A stretch of DNA of 64,000 bases from a virus, in IMG/VR virus record IMGVR_UViG_3300022752_000018, positions 64,001 to 128,000 of that record; one strand, written 5' to 3'. Under the pieces are notes generated by a model, which did no database searches, was not told the origin of the DNA, and worked only from the letters and a program-made list of their open reading frames with translations. Each line of letters opens with the position of its first letter. Position 1 is the stretch's first letter. Below are positions 38,135 to 64,000 of the stretch, piece after piece. A program made the position numbers and the translations under genes.

Positions 38135-38952
38135 TCCTCTCCTCTTTCGTATCTACGTAGGCTAGCAGTGTGTTCAGCATTACTAGTTCTAGTATAACTA
38201 GGTGTCATATCATTAATTTCCAAGATATCATCTCTAATATTTTGATTACGTTTTTCAATATTGATTATCCGTACAAAACTGTTAGTAACAGCAGCAGTAA
38301 AATAAGCAAATGGATTATTCGATTTGGCTTCATTAAATTGAAGTCCTACTTGTGTAAGTTGTAAAATGGCCTGTGCTCGCATTTCATCGTTATAGGTATA
38401 GCCACGTACATTACCACGGGTAGCATATCTTTCACATAATTTTATATACATACGAGCTAGATTATTAGTGATCTGTCCGTGATCTTTACTAAATTTTCCA
38501 CTTTTGACTCCACCTTTCCAATGACTTTTACCAACACAAATTAGTTCATCATTATCATTAAATTTCCAGTGTTGAAAGGGAGGAAAATTTACACGATCAT
38601 GGCTATCTGCTTCAGTTTTTTGACTTTTCTTACGTGTTTTGTTTACTGGAATATGTTCGTAGGTCATTATTCTAAAAACCAAATCAGTTTTTTGTACTTT
38701 TTTATAGTCAAACTCACATTCTGCTAGTTTAACTTTTTCTCCGGCTTCTTTTCTTTGAGCAAAAAGATCATCTCCCATACGTTTAGCACGGTTTCTTTTA
38801 GCTTCTGCTATAGTTCTTATATTAATTTTATCTTTACTAGCAAGAATAATATCGTATTGATGATATTCTGGTTTACTATAACTTGAATAAGTATTTTTAC
38901 TTTTATGTATTTCTTCTAACAGATCTTTATTATTAAGGTAATTTACTGTCAT
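38131..38952 (-). CDS. gp55: Late-transcription sigma factor
   Basis: YTYNDEMRAQAILQL...FNEAKSNNPFAYFTAAVTNSFVRIINIEKRNQNIRD. T4 55-47-46 synteny. Confidence 0.88.
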   Translation of the reverse strand: MTVNYLNNKDLLEEIHKSKNTYSSYSKPEYHQYDIILASKDKINIRTIAEAKRNRAKRMGDDLFAQRKEAGEKVKLAECEFDYKKVQKTDLVFRIMTYEHIPVNKTRKKSQKTEADSHDRVNFPPFQHWKFNDNDELICVGKSHWKGGVKSGKFSKDHGQITNNLARMYIKLCERYATRGNVRGYTYNDEMRAQAILQLTQVGLQFNEAKSNNPFAYFTAAVTNSFVRIINIEKRNQNIRDDILEINDMTPSYTRTSNAEHTASLRRYERGEE

Positions 38953-38971
38953 TTAACGGGTCCTTTAAATT

Positions 38972-39000
38972 ATTATAAACTACATAGTTAAAAAAGTCAA
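38972..39000 (-). promoter_or_regulatory. Sigma70-type promoter for the gp55-47-46 operon
   Basis: Minus strand TTGACT (39000-38995), a 17-bp spacer and TATAAT (38977-38972), 20 nt upstream of the gp55 ATG. Confidence 0.8.
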
Positions 39001-39007
39001 ATAAATA
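39000..39007 (+). promoter_or_regulatory. T4-type late promoter (AATAAATA) of the baseplate operon
   Basis: 22 nt before the gp48 ATG (GAGGA SD). Confidence 0.7.
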
Positions 39008-39029
39008 TTCAATCAAAGAGGATTAAATA

Positions 39030-40043
39030 ATGCCATTTACAGATTTAGCAAATAGTTTTTCCAATGTAGTTAATACAGCTAAAAATGCTTTAACATCTGG
39101 TATAGATAATTTTATGAGTAGTATCAGGAGTATTAATGTACGTCCTAATGTATTTAATACAAATTATACCAGATCACCCACAGTTGTACCAACTTTTCAA
39201 GATAGTGGACCTGGTGCCGATTGGCGTGTAAAATTAAGCGTACCTAGGGGTGGGATATGGAATAGTAATCTCTTTGATCCTTTAAGAGAGGCAGGCGGGT
39301 TAGTTTTTCCCTACACACCAACTATAACAATCAATCATTCGGCTAACTATGCTGACCATCCAGTGACACATCAAAATTATCAATTTTTAGCATATCAAAA
39401 TAGTAGAGTAAGTGATATAACAATTGTAGGTGATTTTATTGTAGAGGATAATGCCCAAGCTCAATATTGGTTAAGTGCTGTACATTTTTTAAGGAGTGTG
39501 ACTAAAATGTACACCGGTGAAGATCCATCAACAGCAGGTAACCCACCGCCCTTATTAGAATTCAATGCTTATGGGGACTATGTTTTCAAAAATATTCCTG
39601 TAGTTGTCAAAAGTTTTAGTTTAACTCTTCCTAAAGAAGTGGATTATATAACAACAAGAATTAATCAACTACCCAGTACAAGAGTATCAGGCGCCAGTAT
39701 GTTTGATGGTTCCATATCTGGTGGATCAAATTCATTCGGAAAAAATGCCAGCTTGTTAGCCGGAGTTGCCAGTGCTGTTGGCCAAACAAAAATTGCCGGC
39801 TTACTGAATGCGGCCAATGGGTTGTCTAATTTTTTAAACGGAAACTCTGTTTCAACAAATATTAGAGGAGGAACTATAGGTACTATAGCACCAGGGTCAG
39901 TAGGTGATGCCAATGATAGCCATGTGCCAACTCAAAGTAGTTTTTCAGTAATTTTAACACCTGTATATAGTAGAACAGCAGTTAAAGATTTTAGCCTAGC
40001 TAAATTTGTCAAGGGCGATTATGTTAAGAATGGATATCTATAA
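39030..40043 (+). CDS. gp48: Baseplate tail-tube cap/initiator (gp48/gp54-like)
   Basis: GGLVFPYTPTITINHSANY, FLAYQNS..SDITIVGDF, GNPPPLLEFNAYG and IPVVVKSFSLTLPKEVDY. Confidence 0.7.
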   Translation: MPFTDLANSFSNVVNTAKNALTSGIDNFMSSIRSINVRPNVFNTNYTRSPTVVPTFQDSGPGADWRVKLSVPRGGIWNSNLFDPLREAGGLVFPYTPTITINHSANYADHPVTHQNYQFLAYQNSRVSDITIVGDFIVEDNAQAQYWLSAVHFLRSVTKMYTGEDPSTAGNPPPLLEFNAYGDYVFKNIPVVVKSFSLTLPKEVDYITTRINQLPSTRVSGASMFDGSISGGSNSFGKNASLLAGVASAVGQTKIAGLLNAANGLSNFLNGNSVSTNIRGGTIGTIAPGSVGDANDSHVPTQSSFSVILTPVYSRTAVKDFSLAKFVKGDYVKNGYL

Positions 40044-40345
40044 TGGCAGCAAATTATAAAAGTTCAAGTCCTTGGTATACTACTCCTGTAATAAAAGATA
40101 GGTTATCCATTCTTAATATTAGAACTATTATTGCAGAACCAGATGATTATTTGTATACAATAGAAAGTCAATATGCCTATAGGCCAGATTTATTGGCCTA
40201 TGATTTATATAGGGACTATAATTTATGGTGGGTATTCACACAAAGAAATTTAGATGTTATACAAGATCCTATTTTTGATTTTGTACCAGGAGTACAGATT
40301 TTTATACCAAAACCAGATATGTTAAGAAAATCGTTAGGAACGTAG
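40043..40345 (+). CDS. gp53: Baseplate wedge subunit (LysM-like)
   Basis: YAYRPDLLAYDLYRDYNLWWVF...IFIPK. Confidence 0.8.
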   Translation: MAANYKSSSPWYTTPVIKDRLSILNIRTIIAEPDDYLYTIESQYAYRPDLLAYDLYRDYNLWWVFTQRNLDVIQDPIFDFVPGVQIFIPKPDMLRKSLGT

Positions 40346-40346
40346 T

Positions 40347-42860
40347 ATGGGTTTAAATTTTAAAAATATAGCTAAAGCAGCAGTAGCAACAGCAGCAGCA
40401 GGCGCAGCAGTCAAAGTACTTTCGGGCACTAATCCAGCAGCTGGAATACAATCTGCTATCAGCAGCATTGGAAATAGTGTAAACAATTTAGCAAGTAATT
40501 TAAACAGTTCAATCAATAACGCATTAAGTATCCCAGGGTTTTCAGGATTAAATTTAGCTAATCTAAATATATCTAGTTTTGATTTTAGTGCGGGAAATTT
40601 TATATCATTAATTAACCCAAATAACAGTGAAGAAGGTGAGATTGCCGTTTATGATCAAGATCCCCCATTTCCTAATGAACTTCACAATTATGCCAGTTAT
40701 AACTATATTTGGACATTGAGTGGATTGAGTAGAAATCATTTAAATTTTCCAGATGATAGTTATAGAAAAGGAATCTTAGGTCCTATTATTTTAAAATCAG
40801 GTTCAGGTGATCCAGATAATAGAATATCATTAGAAGATTATGCCAGCTCCGCAAATCCTAGTGGAAAATTTGAATATTTTATTGACAATGTTAGAATAAC
40901 TGGTGTAACTGGATTAGACAAGGTAACTGGTAATACCAACAGTACAGGAATAACGTTCAATGTAATTGAGCCTTACAGCATAGGATTATTCTTTGGGGCT
41001 ATAGAAACTTGTTCAAGACAATTAAAATATTCAAACTGGGTGGAGATGCCTTTATTATTAAGTTTAGAATTTACGGGACATGAGGATACACGTTTTCAAA
41101 ATGTTTTTCATACTGTACAAAAAAAGTATTTTCCCTTAAAAATCATGCAAATTCAAATGCGTGTAACCGAAAAAGGTGCTGTTTATGAATGTACGGCAGT
41201 ACCTTGGAATGAACGTGCTTATAGTAGACAAATTTCCACTATTAAAAGCGATGTTACTTGTACAGGAAGAACTGTACAAGAAATGTTACAAAAAGATGGT
41301 CCAAATAATTCTAGAAGTTTTCAAACAATTGTAAATGATTCATTGGCTAGTCAGGCTGTGGCCATGAGTCAAGGTAAGGAGCCCATAGTACCAGACAGAA
41401 TTTTAATATTGTTTCCTATAGAAACAGCAACTGGGACTGGTTCATACGGAGATATAGATTCTAGTAGTCCTGCTGGGGCAACAACATCCGGCCTCAATAA
41501 TAATAGTGACCAAGGTGTGGCAGAGAAATTAGGTGTTGAACTAGAAGGGATAAATTATGTTCAAAACACTAATATAAGCCCAATAGGCCTAGCAGATATG
41601 GGATTTATTGATCAGAAAAAAGCTGAAGCAGTGTTTGGCAAAGAAGGCACGGTTTATGATCCAGATAAAAAAGTTTTTGTTCGAGGTAATGTAACTATTT
41701 CTTCTAAAGAAGGCTTGGCAACATTCAAACAAGGACAAACAATACCTAATATTATAAATCAAATTATTTTAAGCAGTGATTATGGAAGGCAAGCATTAGA
41801 TCCAAATAATTTTGACGAACAAGGTTATATAAATTGGTGGAGAATTACCACACAAATGTACTTACTCGAAGGCGAAAATAATATGAGTCAAACAGGTAAG
41901 TATCCATTTTTAACAGTTTACAGAGTAATACCTCATAAGGTTCATCACAGTAGGTTCATGCAAACAGATCAAAAACCAAAAAGTGAAGAAGTTAAAAATA
42001 CAGTGGTTAAAAGATATGATTATCTATATACCAGTAAAAATATTGATATTTTAGATTTTCAAATTGATTTTAATGCTGGATTTTATACTTCTTTACCAGC
42101 AGATAGTGGAAGATTTAATAAGGATATTCAAACTAGGAATCAGACGGCCAGTGATGCTACCCCCAGTAAACCAATTATTGAAAATGGAAAATTATCTTCT
42201 CATCGCATAGATTCCAATGGTAATAAATATGATGCCTCATCAGAATATGCGTCTGGAATGCATGGTAATTATAGAGTAGGTGATACGTTGTCACAATTAG
42301 TACAAATTAGAAATGCAGAAATAGATATAGGGGCTAATCAAGGAGGTACTGCTGGTGAAGATCCAGGTAGAATTGCTGCAAGAAGTTTTCATAAGGCTAT
42401 AAATTCTATGGCAGAAATGTGTAATTTAAATATGAAAATTTTAGGAGATCCTTTTTATCTAGGTGATAGTGGTATGGGCAATTATACAGCTCCAGCGTCA
42501 AATGTACGAGGAGCAACTGCAGATAAGAGCATAAATTATCAAAGAGGCGAAGTTTATATAGAAGTTAATTTTAGAAATCCCATAGATATTAATCATTTAA
42601 CTGGTCATTACGATTTTCCTTCAGCAGAAACATTACCGGCTTTTAGTGGATTATATAGGGTAGGTACTGTAGAAAGCACTTTTAATAGAGGAACTTTCAC
42701 TCAAAGTCTACAATTACAACGTATGCAAAACCAACAGATTAAGGCTAGTCCAACATCTAGACCTGATACTGCTGCTGGTGATTTGAATAATAATTTCAAA
42801 CCAGGTGATTCAATAGATAGAGTTGAATATGAAGGTGACGAATCAGGTGAGTGGACCTAA
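40347..42860 (+). CDS. Baseplate hub-like protein (gp27/VgrG-N analogue)
   Basis: 837 aa between gp53 and gp5. The segments NLNMKILGDPFYL and FSGLYRVGTVESTFNRGTFTQSL match the C-terminal barrel pattern of hub proteins. Confidence 0.55.
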   Translation: MGLNFKNIAKAAVATAAAGAAVKVLSGTNPAAGIQSAISSIGNSVNNLASNLNSSINNALSIPGFSGLNLANLNISSFDFSAGNFISLINPNNSEEGEIAVYDQDPPFPNELHNYASYNYIWTLSGLSRNHLNFPDDSYRKGILGPIILKSGSGDPDNRISLEDYASSANPSGKFEYFIDNVRITGVTGLDKVTGNTNSTGITFNVIEPYSIGLFFGAIETCSRQLKYSNWVEMPLLLSLEFTGHEDTRFQNVFHTVQKKYFPLKIMQIQMRVTEKGAVYECTAVPWNERAYSRQISTIKSDVTCTGRTVQEMLQKDGPNNSRSFQTIVNDSLASQAVAMSQGKEPIVPDRILILFPIETATGTGSYGDIDSSSPAGATTSGLNNNSDQGVAEKLGVELEGINYVQNTNISPIGLADMGFIDQKKAEAVFGKEGTVYDPDKKVFVRGNVTISSKEGLATFKQGQTIPNIINQIILSSDYGRQALDPNNFDEQGYINWWRITTQMYLLEGENNMSQTGKYPFLTVYRVIPHKVHHSRFMQTDQKPKSEEVKNTVVKRYDYLYTSKNIDILDFQIDFNAGFYTSLPADSGRFNKDIQTRNQTASDATPSKPIIENGKLSSHRIDSNGNKYDASSEYASGMHGNYRVGDTLSQLVQIRNAEIDIGANQGGTAGEDPGRIAARSFHKAINSMAEMCNLNMKILGDPFYLGDSGMGNYTAPASNVRGATADKSINYQRGEVYIEVNFRNPIDINHLTGHYDFPSAETLPAFSGLYRVGTVESTFNRGTFTQSLQLQRMQNQQIKASPTSRPDTAAGDLNNNFKPGDSIDRVEYEGDESGEWT

Positions 42861-45034
42861 TGGCTACAGAAGATAGACCATCAATTGATTCTGGTAGTGT
42901 CTATAATGTGCCTCATTTGGCCATAGTACGTGGTCATCTAGATCCTAAATACATGGGGGCATTGGAGGTACAATTATTAAAACAAGTTGGTGGTGCCCCT
43001 AAGGCAGAAGGTGAAGTTTATCAAGTAAAATATGCCAGTCCATTTTGGGGGCAAACACACGAAGATTATAACTCTACAGAAAACACCTATGAAGGAACTC
43101 AAAAAAGTTATGGTATGTGGATGATACCACCTGATGTAGGCAGCACTGTAATAGTTATATTTGCTGAAGGTGATAGTAAACAAGGTTATTATATTGCCTG
43201 CGTACAGGATCTAGATATGAACTTTATGGTTCCCGGGTTTGCCGCAACTTCCTATGTTATAGAGGGAGAAGAAGAACGCGAACCAGTAGCGGAATATAAT
43301 AAAAAAGCAGATCAACCAATATTAAAAGATACTGCCAAGATGCCCAAACCTAGGCATATATATCAAACTCAATCCTTAAAAGATCAGGGTCTTATAAAAG
43401 ATGACACCAGGGGTATAACAACTAGTAGTGCCAAAAGAGAAATACCAAGTATGGTATTCGGTATCAGTACTCCTGGCCCAATTGATAAAGAAGGTCCTAC
43501 AGGTAAAATTGGTAAAACAAGACACGAAGCTCGTGGTTATACGCATAGCAGATTAGGTGGATCTAGTTTTGTCATGGATGATGGTGATGATAAATTTGAA
43601 CGCAAGACTACTCCGTCTGAAGGACCTCCAGAATATATTAATGTTGAAGATAGCTATGAAGGTGGATTAAAAAAAGTACCACATAACGAATTAATTAGAT
43701 TGAGGACTAGGACTGGCCATCAGATTTTATTACATAATAGTGAAGATTTAATTTATATAGTTAATAGTAGAGGTACGGCTTGGATTGAGATTACCAGTGA
43801 TGGAAAGATTGATATCTTTAGTGAAGATAATATTACTGCTAGAACTAAAAAAGATTTTAACTTATTCTGTGATCGTGATTTTAATTTAGAAGTGGGGAGA
43901 AATTATAATTTAAAAGTTCATGGTGAAATGCATACTAATATAGGTAAAGACCATGTACTTATAATTGATCGAGATCAAAAAATACATGTAAAACGTAGAA
44001 AAGACGAAACCATAGAAGAGGAATATCGTCAAACAGTCAACGATCATGTAAAAAAATATTTCGCTAAAGACTATACACATAATTTTGACCAAAGAGTAGA
44101 TATTAGAATTGCCAATGCTGCCAGCTTACATATTGGCAATGGGCCAGCTGAACCAGGATTTGCTCCTATGGAATCTACTAGACAAGAGCCCGAGGATCCT
44201 ATGAGCAGTGATGAATCTACATCTACTCCAGTGGAGGATGTCAATGGTCCTACTCCTGATCGTGTTGATATTTTTTTATATAAGGATCTACGTATAGCTA
44301 ATGTAGGTACTAATGTTGAACGTACCATAGATGGATATTTAAAAACTAAAGTAAAAGGTGCTGTTGATATAAACACAGACGCAGCTTGGAAACAAACTAA
44401 TAAAGGTGATGTTGATATTAAAGTTGGTGGTACTACTAAGATATCAACTGGAGGTGAAATGAACCTAAAAGCAGGTGGTGCTACAAAAATAAGTTCAGGT
44501 GGTGCTACAAATATCAAGTCTGATGGTAATAATAATTTTCAGTCTGGTGGAGGTACTAATATTAAAAGTGGTGGACAAATACTTTTAGGTGGTAGCAAGA
44601 TTCATTTGAATGGACCTAGTCCAGGTGGTGCTAGCAGTGCCAGCGATGCTAGTCAAGCAGCAATAGCCGAACTACCAGAAGAAGCTAGAAAAACAGCTAA
44701 GGCTACTATACCCTTATATTTAAAAACTCATAACTTGCCAGATTTAGAAGCACAAAATCAATGGGAATCCTTATCTAAATTAGATACCATATTACGTAGA
44801 GTTCCTACATATGAGCCTTATCCACATCATGAACATTTAGATCCTATAAAATTCAAACCTAAAAAAGAAGGTGAAAGCCCAGGTTTAGATAGGGACAGCG
44901 ATGAAAGATATAGACCAGCTGACGACCTAACCCCAACTGAAACACTCGCTGAACCTCCTGAATATTGGAGAAAATATACTACAGTTACAGACACTTTTGC
45001 CAAAATTAGGTTAGGAGAACCAGGTGATGCGTAA
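42851..45034 (+). CDS. gp5: Baseplate central spike protein (gp5-like)
   Basis: N-terminal OB-fold (DPKYMGALEVQL...SYGMWMIPPDVGSTVIVIFAEGD), RLRTRTGHQILLHNSE, and C-terminal 8-residue beta-helix repeats ending in KIHLN. Confidence 0.8.
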   Translation: MDLMATEDRPSIDSGSVYNVPHLAIVRGHLDPKYMGALEVQLLKQVGGAPKAEGEVYQVKYASPFWGQTHEDYNSTENTYEGTQKSYGMWMIPPDVGSTVIVIFAEGDSKQGYYIACVQDLDMNFMVPGFAATSYVIEGEEEREPVAEYNKKADQPILKDTAKMPKPRHIYQTQSLKDQGLIKDDTRGITTSSAKREIPSMVFGISTPGPIDKEGPTGKIGKTRHEARGYTHSRLGGSSFVMDDGDDKFERKTTPSEGPPEYINVEDSYEGGLKKVPHNELIRLRTRTGHQILLHNSEDLIYIVNSRGTAWIEITSDGKIDIFSEDNITARTKKDFNLFCDRDFNLEVGRNYNLKVHGEMHTNIGKDHVLIIDRDQKIHVKRRKDETIEEEYRQTVNDHVKKYFAKDYTHNFDQRVDIRIANAASLHIGNGPAEPGFAPMESTRQEPEDPMSSDESTSTPVEDVNGPTPDRVDIFLYKDLRIANVGTNVERTIDGYLKTKVKGAVDINTDAAWKQTNKGDVDIKVGGTTKISTGGEMNLKAGGATKISSGGATNIKSDGNNNFQSGGGTNIKSGGQILLGGSKIHLNGPSPGGASSASDASQAAIAELPEEARKTAKATIPLYLKTHNLPDLEAQNQWESLSKLDTILRRVPTYEPYPHHEHLDPIKFKPKKEGESPGLDRDSDERYRPADDLTPTETLAEPPEYWRKYTTVTDTFAKIRLGEPGDA

Positions 45035-45467
45035 TAAAAGTTTATATCAAAAAATAGTAGTAAAAGGTAATCAGTCAAAAGAACAAATCCCTTTACCTAG
45101 GACTTATAAAGGATTCAGCACGATTAATACTGAAAGTGAAAATTTTAAATTATTTGATCTTAATTTAATAAAACAGGATTTGATCAACCATTTTCATATA
45201 AAACAAGGAGAAAAATTGGGGAATCCTACATTTGGTACTATTATTTGGGATCTTTTATTCGAACCATTAACTACAGATCTTAAAGAGCTGGTTATTAAAG
45301 ATGTTGAACGAATTTTTAATTATGATCCTAGAATAACTGCCCAAAATATAGTTATAACTGCCTATGAATCAGGTCTACAAGTTGAATGTGAATTAACTTA
45401 TTTGCCCTATAACATATCAGAAGTACTAAAATTTAAATTCGATGAAAAAATAGGATTAATTGGTTAA
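45027..45467 (+). CDS. gp25: Baseplate wedge subunit
   Basis: IKQDLINHFHIKQGEKLGNPTFGTIIWDLLFEP...YDPRI. Confidence 0.9.
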   Translation: MRNKSLYQKIVVKGNQSKEQIPLPRTYKGFSTINTESENFKLFDLNLIKQDLINHFHIKQGEKLGNPTFGTIIWDLLFEPLTTDLKELVIKDVERIFNYDPRITAQNIVITAYESGLQVECELTYLPYNISEVLKFKFDEKIGLIG

Positions 45468-45487
45468 GTTAGTAGTTAATTACCGAA

Positions 45488-45495
45488 AATAAATA
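45488..45495 (+). promoter_or_regulatory. T4-type late promoter (AATAAATA)
   Basis: Intergenic, upstream of gp6. Confidence 0.65.
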
Positions 45496-45513
45496 TTTCA
45501 TTAAGGATAAAAC

Positions 45514-48500
45514 ATGTCATCAACAGATAGACAAAATAGATTACTAGTAGCTGAGGATTGGCGTAAGATATATCAGAGTTTTAGAAACGCAGATTTCCAA
45601 AGTTATGATTTTGAAAATCTACGTAGGGTAATGATTGACTATCTTAGACAAAATTATCCAGAAGATTTTAATGATTATATAGAAAGCAGCGAATATCTAG
45701 CATTAATTGATATGATTGCTTTTTTAGGACAAAGCTATGCCTATAGAGTAGATTTAAACGCAAGAGAAAACTTTTTAGAATTAGCAGAACGTAGAGAAAG
45801 TGTGCTAAGGTTAGCACGTACACTTAGTTACAATGCCAAACGTAATCAAGCTGGGAATGGACTCTTAAAATGGCAAAGTATTACCACAAGCCAATCTATT
45901 TTAGATGGCAATGGAAGAAACCTAGCAGGCCAAGAAATATTATGGAATGACCCCAGTAATAATCAATGGTTTGATCAATTCATAAGAGTATTAAATGCCG
46001 CCATGCCCATTAGTGCTCAATTTGGCACTCCAAATAATAAGGGAATAATCTACAATATCCCCACTGAACAATATACTATACAAACTACAAATAATACTAT
46101 TCCCGTTTATTCTTTTAATAAAACTATAGATAGTAGAGCCATGTCTTTTGAAATCACCAGCACTATTATAAAAGATAATCAAGATATTGCTGAAGATCCA
46201 CCATTAGGTGGCAAAAATCTAAGTTTTATCTATAGAGATGATGGAAAGGGCAGTGCCAGTCCAGCTAACGGATTCTTTAGTCATTTTAGACAAGGTACTT
46301 TACAAACAGGAACTTTTAGCATACCTCAACCTAGTAACAACGAAATAATTGATATTGATTCAAATAATATCAATGATACAGATGTATGGCTGTACAAATT
46401 AGATTCAAGAGGTGTTGAGTCTGAATATTGGATAGCAGTGCCTAATTTTGAAGCTAATAATGTAATTTATAATAGTCTTAACAAAAAAATTAGGAACATT
46501 TATAATATCATAACACGAGTAGATGATAGGATCAGCATTGCTTTTAGTGATGGATTATTTGGAAACTTGCCTCTAGGTAGTTTCAGGATATATTATAGAG
46601 TTAGTAATGGATTAAACTATACTATAAATCCTAGAGATATGCGTAGTGTGAATTTAGAGATACCATATATTTCTAATACAGGTCAGATAGAATTACTTAG
46701 TATATCTATGAATTTACAGACATCTGTGAGCAATAGTGCTTCAACAGAATCTAATCAACAAATAAAACAAAAAGCTCCCGGAACATATTATACTCAAAAT
46801 AGAATGATTACAGCAGAAGACTATAATCTTAGTCCATTAGCTGTAAATCAAGATGTATTAAAAGTTAAATCAGTGAATAGAACTAGTAGTGGTATTAGTA
46901 GATATTTTGATCTTACTGATCCTACAGGCAAATACAGTAATATAAATTTATTTTCAGATGATGGTGTTGCTTACAAAGAAGAATATGAGGATATTTTTAA
47001 ATTTTCTTATAATACTACTGTTGAAATTGAAGGAATAATCAATAATAAAATATTAGATTCGTTAAGAGACATAGGATTACGTAATTTTTTCTATGATAAA
47101 TTTAGTAGAATTAGTATAGGTGCTGATTTGATTTATAAATGGAACAAAGTAACTGTAAGTGTAAATGAATCTACAGGTTATCTAACAGATGCAAGTAATT
47201 CCAAGGTAGGGTATGATGTTACTACTATATTAAAAAATTTAGAAATTGGAACAATTTTAAAATTTGTAGCTCCATCTGGAAAATACTTTATTAAAGACAG
47301 TAATAATGATCTGATAACAACTTCGGAAAATACACCTAATGCCACAACTTATCTTTGGGCCAAAATTATATCAATCTCAAATAACGGGATTAATTTGTTG
47401 AATGATGGTAGCGGACCAGTAAAAATAACTACAGAAATACCAACCGGTGCTATTTTAGATCAAATCATACCACAATGGACTACTAATTTAAGTAGTAGTA
47501 TAATTACTACCATGGTTAATCTTATTTTTACAAATAAGCCATTTGGTTTAAGGTATGACCTAACTGAGAAATCATGGAAAATAGTTTTTGAAAATGATTT
47601 AAATTTAATCAGCAACTTTAATATTGGTAAAGCTGGTGATAATACTAATCAAAGATTAGATGCTAGTTGGTTATTATTATTCACAACTGATACAGAAGTA
47701 TATACTGTAAAATATAGAAAATTAAGGTATGTTTTTGAAAGTGATAAGAAAATAAGATTCTATTTAGACAATACCAAAAAAATATTTGATGTAAAATCTG
47801 GTATTGTAGTCAAGGATAAAATTAAAATTTTAGGTATTAATAATAAACCAAATACAACTAATTTTTTTACCTATGATTTAGATTGGCAAATTCATAATGA
47901 GTTTGTGGGTACTGATGGTTATGTTGATACTAAAAAACTTGAAATAACATTTAATGATAGTAATGATGATGGCATAGTAGATGATCCAGATATTTTTGAT
48001 ATATTAACTGTGCCCTCATACTCAATATGGAACTCTAATACAACATATTCAAAAGGATCTTTTGTTTTATACAGTAATAGAATTTATGAATCACTAGTAA
48101 ATGATAATTTTAATAATGAACCATTAATAAAAAATGGTGTAAATTTAGCTTTGAATAATTTTTATTGGCGTATTAATTATGGAAATTATGTAATATTAGA
48201 AAAATATGAAACTAGCACTGGTATAACAGATTATAGATACATCCCAAACAATAATATTGTTAAGATTGTAGGTTTAGAATCTGATGGATTATACGATTAT
48301 AATCGTTTAGGATTGACAAAAGATCAATATTATTATTTTTCCGATACTAATTTATTGGCCAAACGGAGTTATAATGAAAGTAGATGGATTTATAATTTAG
48401 ATTATAAAGTTTTTATAGGTAGATCAAATCTAAAATTTCAATATATTCATAATGCTGATTATGAATCTAGAATAGATCCAGGTCATGTTAACATAATGGA

Positions 48501-49106
48501 CATATATGTATTATCTAGGAATTATGATATAGAATATAGAAGATGGATTGCCGGTGCTATAGAAAATGAACCTTTACCACCCAGTAGTGATCAGCTAAGT
48601 TTAATCATGGCACCAATGCTAAATCCAATAAAAGCTATGAGTGATGAAATTATCTATCATCCTACTAGGTATAAAATTTTATTTGGCATTAGGGCTAATC
48701 CAAACTTACGTGCTAGTTTTAAAGTTATTAAAAATCTAGATCAAACACTAAGTGATAATGAAGTAAGAGCTAGAGTTTTAGCAGCAATAAATGAATTCTT
48801 TGTAATTGAAAATTGGGATTTTGGTGACACTTTTTACTTTAGTGAATTAGTTGCCTATATAATGAATAGAACAGCACCCTATATTTTAAATATTGTAATT
48901 GTACCAAGGCAAGCTAATTTGAATTTTGGAAGTTTATTTGAGATTAAAAGTGAAAGTGATGAAGTTTTTATAAATGGAGCTACCACTGAAGATATTGAAA
49001 TAGTAGATTCATTAACTTCAAGTAATTTATCTGCTCGAGGTTCAATTAATACTACTACTAACATAGTTAGTAGACAAAATATTACCAGTAGTCAAGGAAG
49101 ATATTA

Positions 49107-49107
<1 letters not shown>
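45514..49107 (+). CDS. gp6: Baseplate wedge subunit, enlarged (1197 aa)
   Basis: DFENLRRVMIDYL..FNDYIESSEYLALID, RRESVLRLARTLSY and QNRMITAEDY. Late promoter at 45488-45495. Confidence 0.88.

Positions 49108-64000
<14,893 letters not shown>

Overview
AT-rich fragment of a large T4-related (myovirus/jumbo-type) bacteriophage genome covering most of the morphogenesis region. Minus strand, 1-32133: a >3400-aa fibre-like gene running off the left edge (not in the ORF track), several virion structural genes, a glycosyltransferase, the head module (gp23 capsid, gp22 scaffold, gp21 protease, acidic core protein, gp20 portal) with inserted methyltransferase and MptE-like genes, and a 2200-aa tape-measure-like gene. 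Centre: gp26-like hub/chaperone gene with a perfect -1 slippery site, then a minus-strand gp55-gp47-gp46-Hc1-like-GIY-YIG operon followed by a ~420-nt GC-rich structured non-coding region. Plus strand, 39030-64000: baseplate module (gp48, gp53, hub, gp5, gp25, gp6, a 4418-aa wedge protein) and a collagen-like fibre gene running off the right edge. T4-type late promoters (core TAAATA) precede most structural genes. The best leads are (1) 16 phycobiliprotein-like Cys-x-Arg-Asp repeats in the giant fibre protein, (2) a minimal GIY-YIG nuclease with a large structured RNA candidate starting at its stop codon, (3) a probable programmed frameshift next to the tape measure gene, and (4) structured 5' leaders on late genes. 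All family assignments come from motif recognition by eye; no database searches were run.
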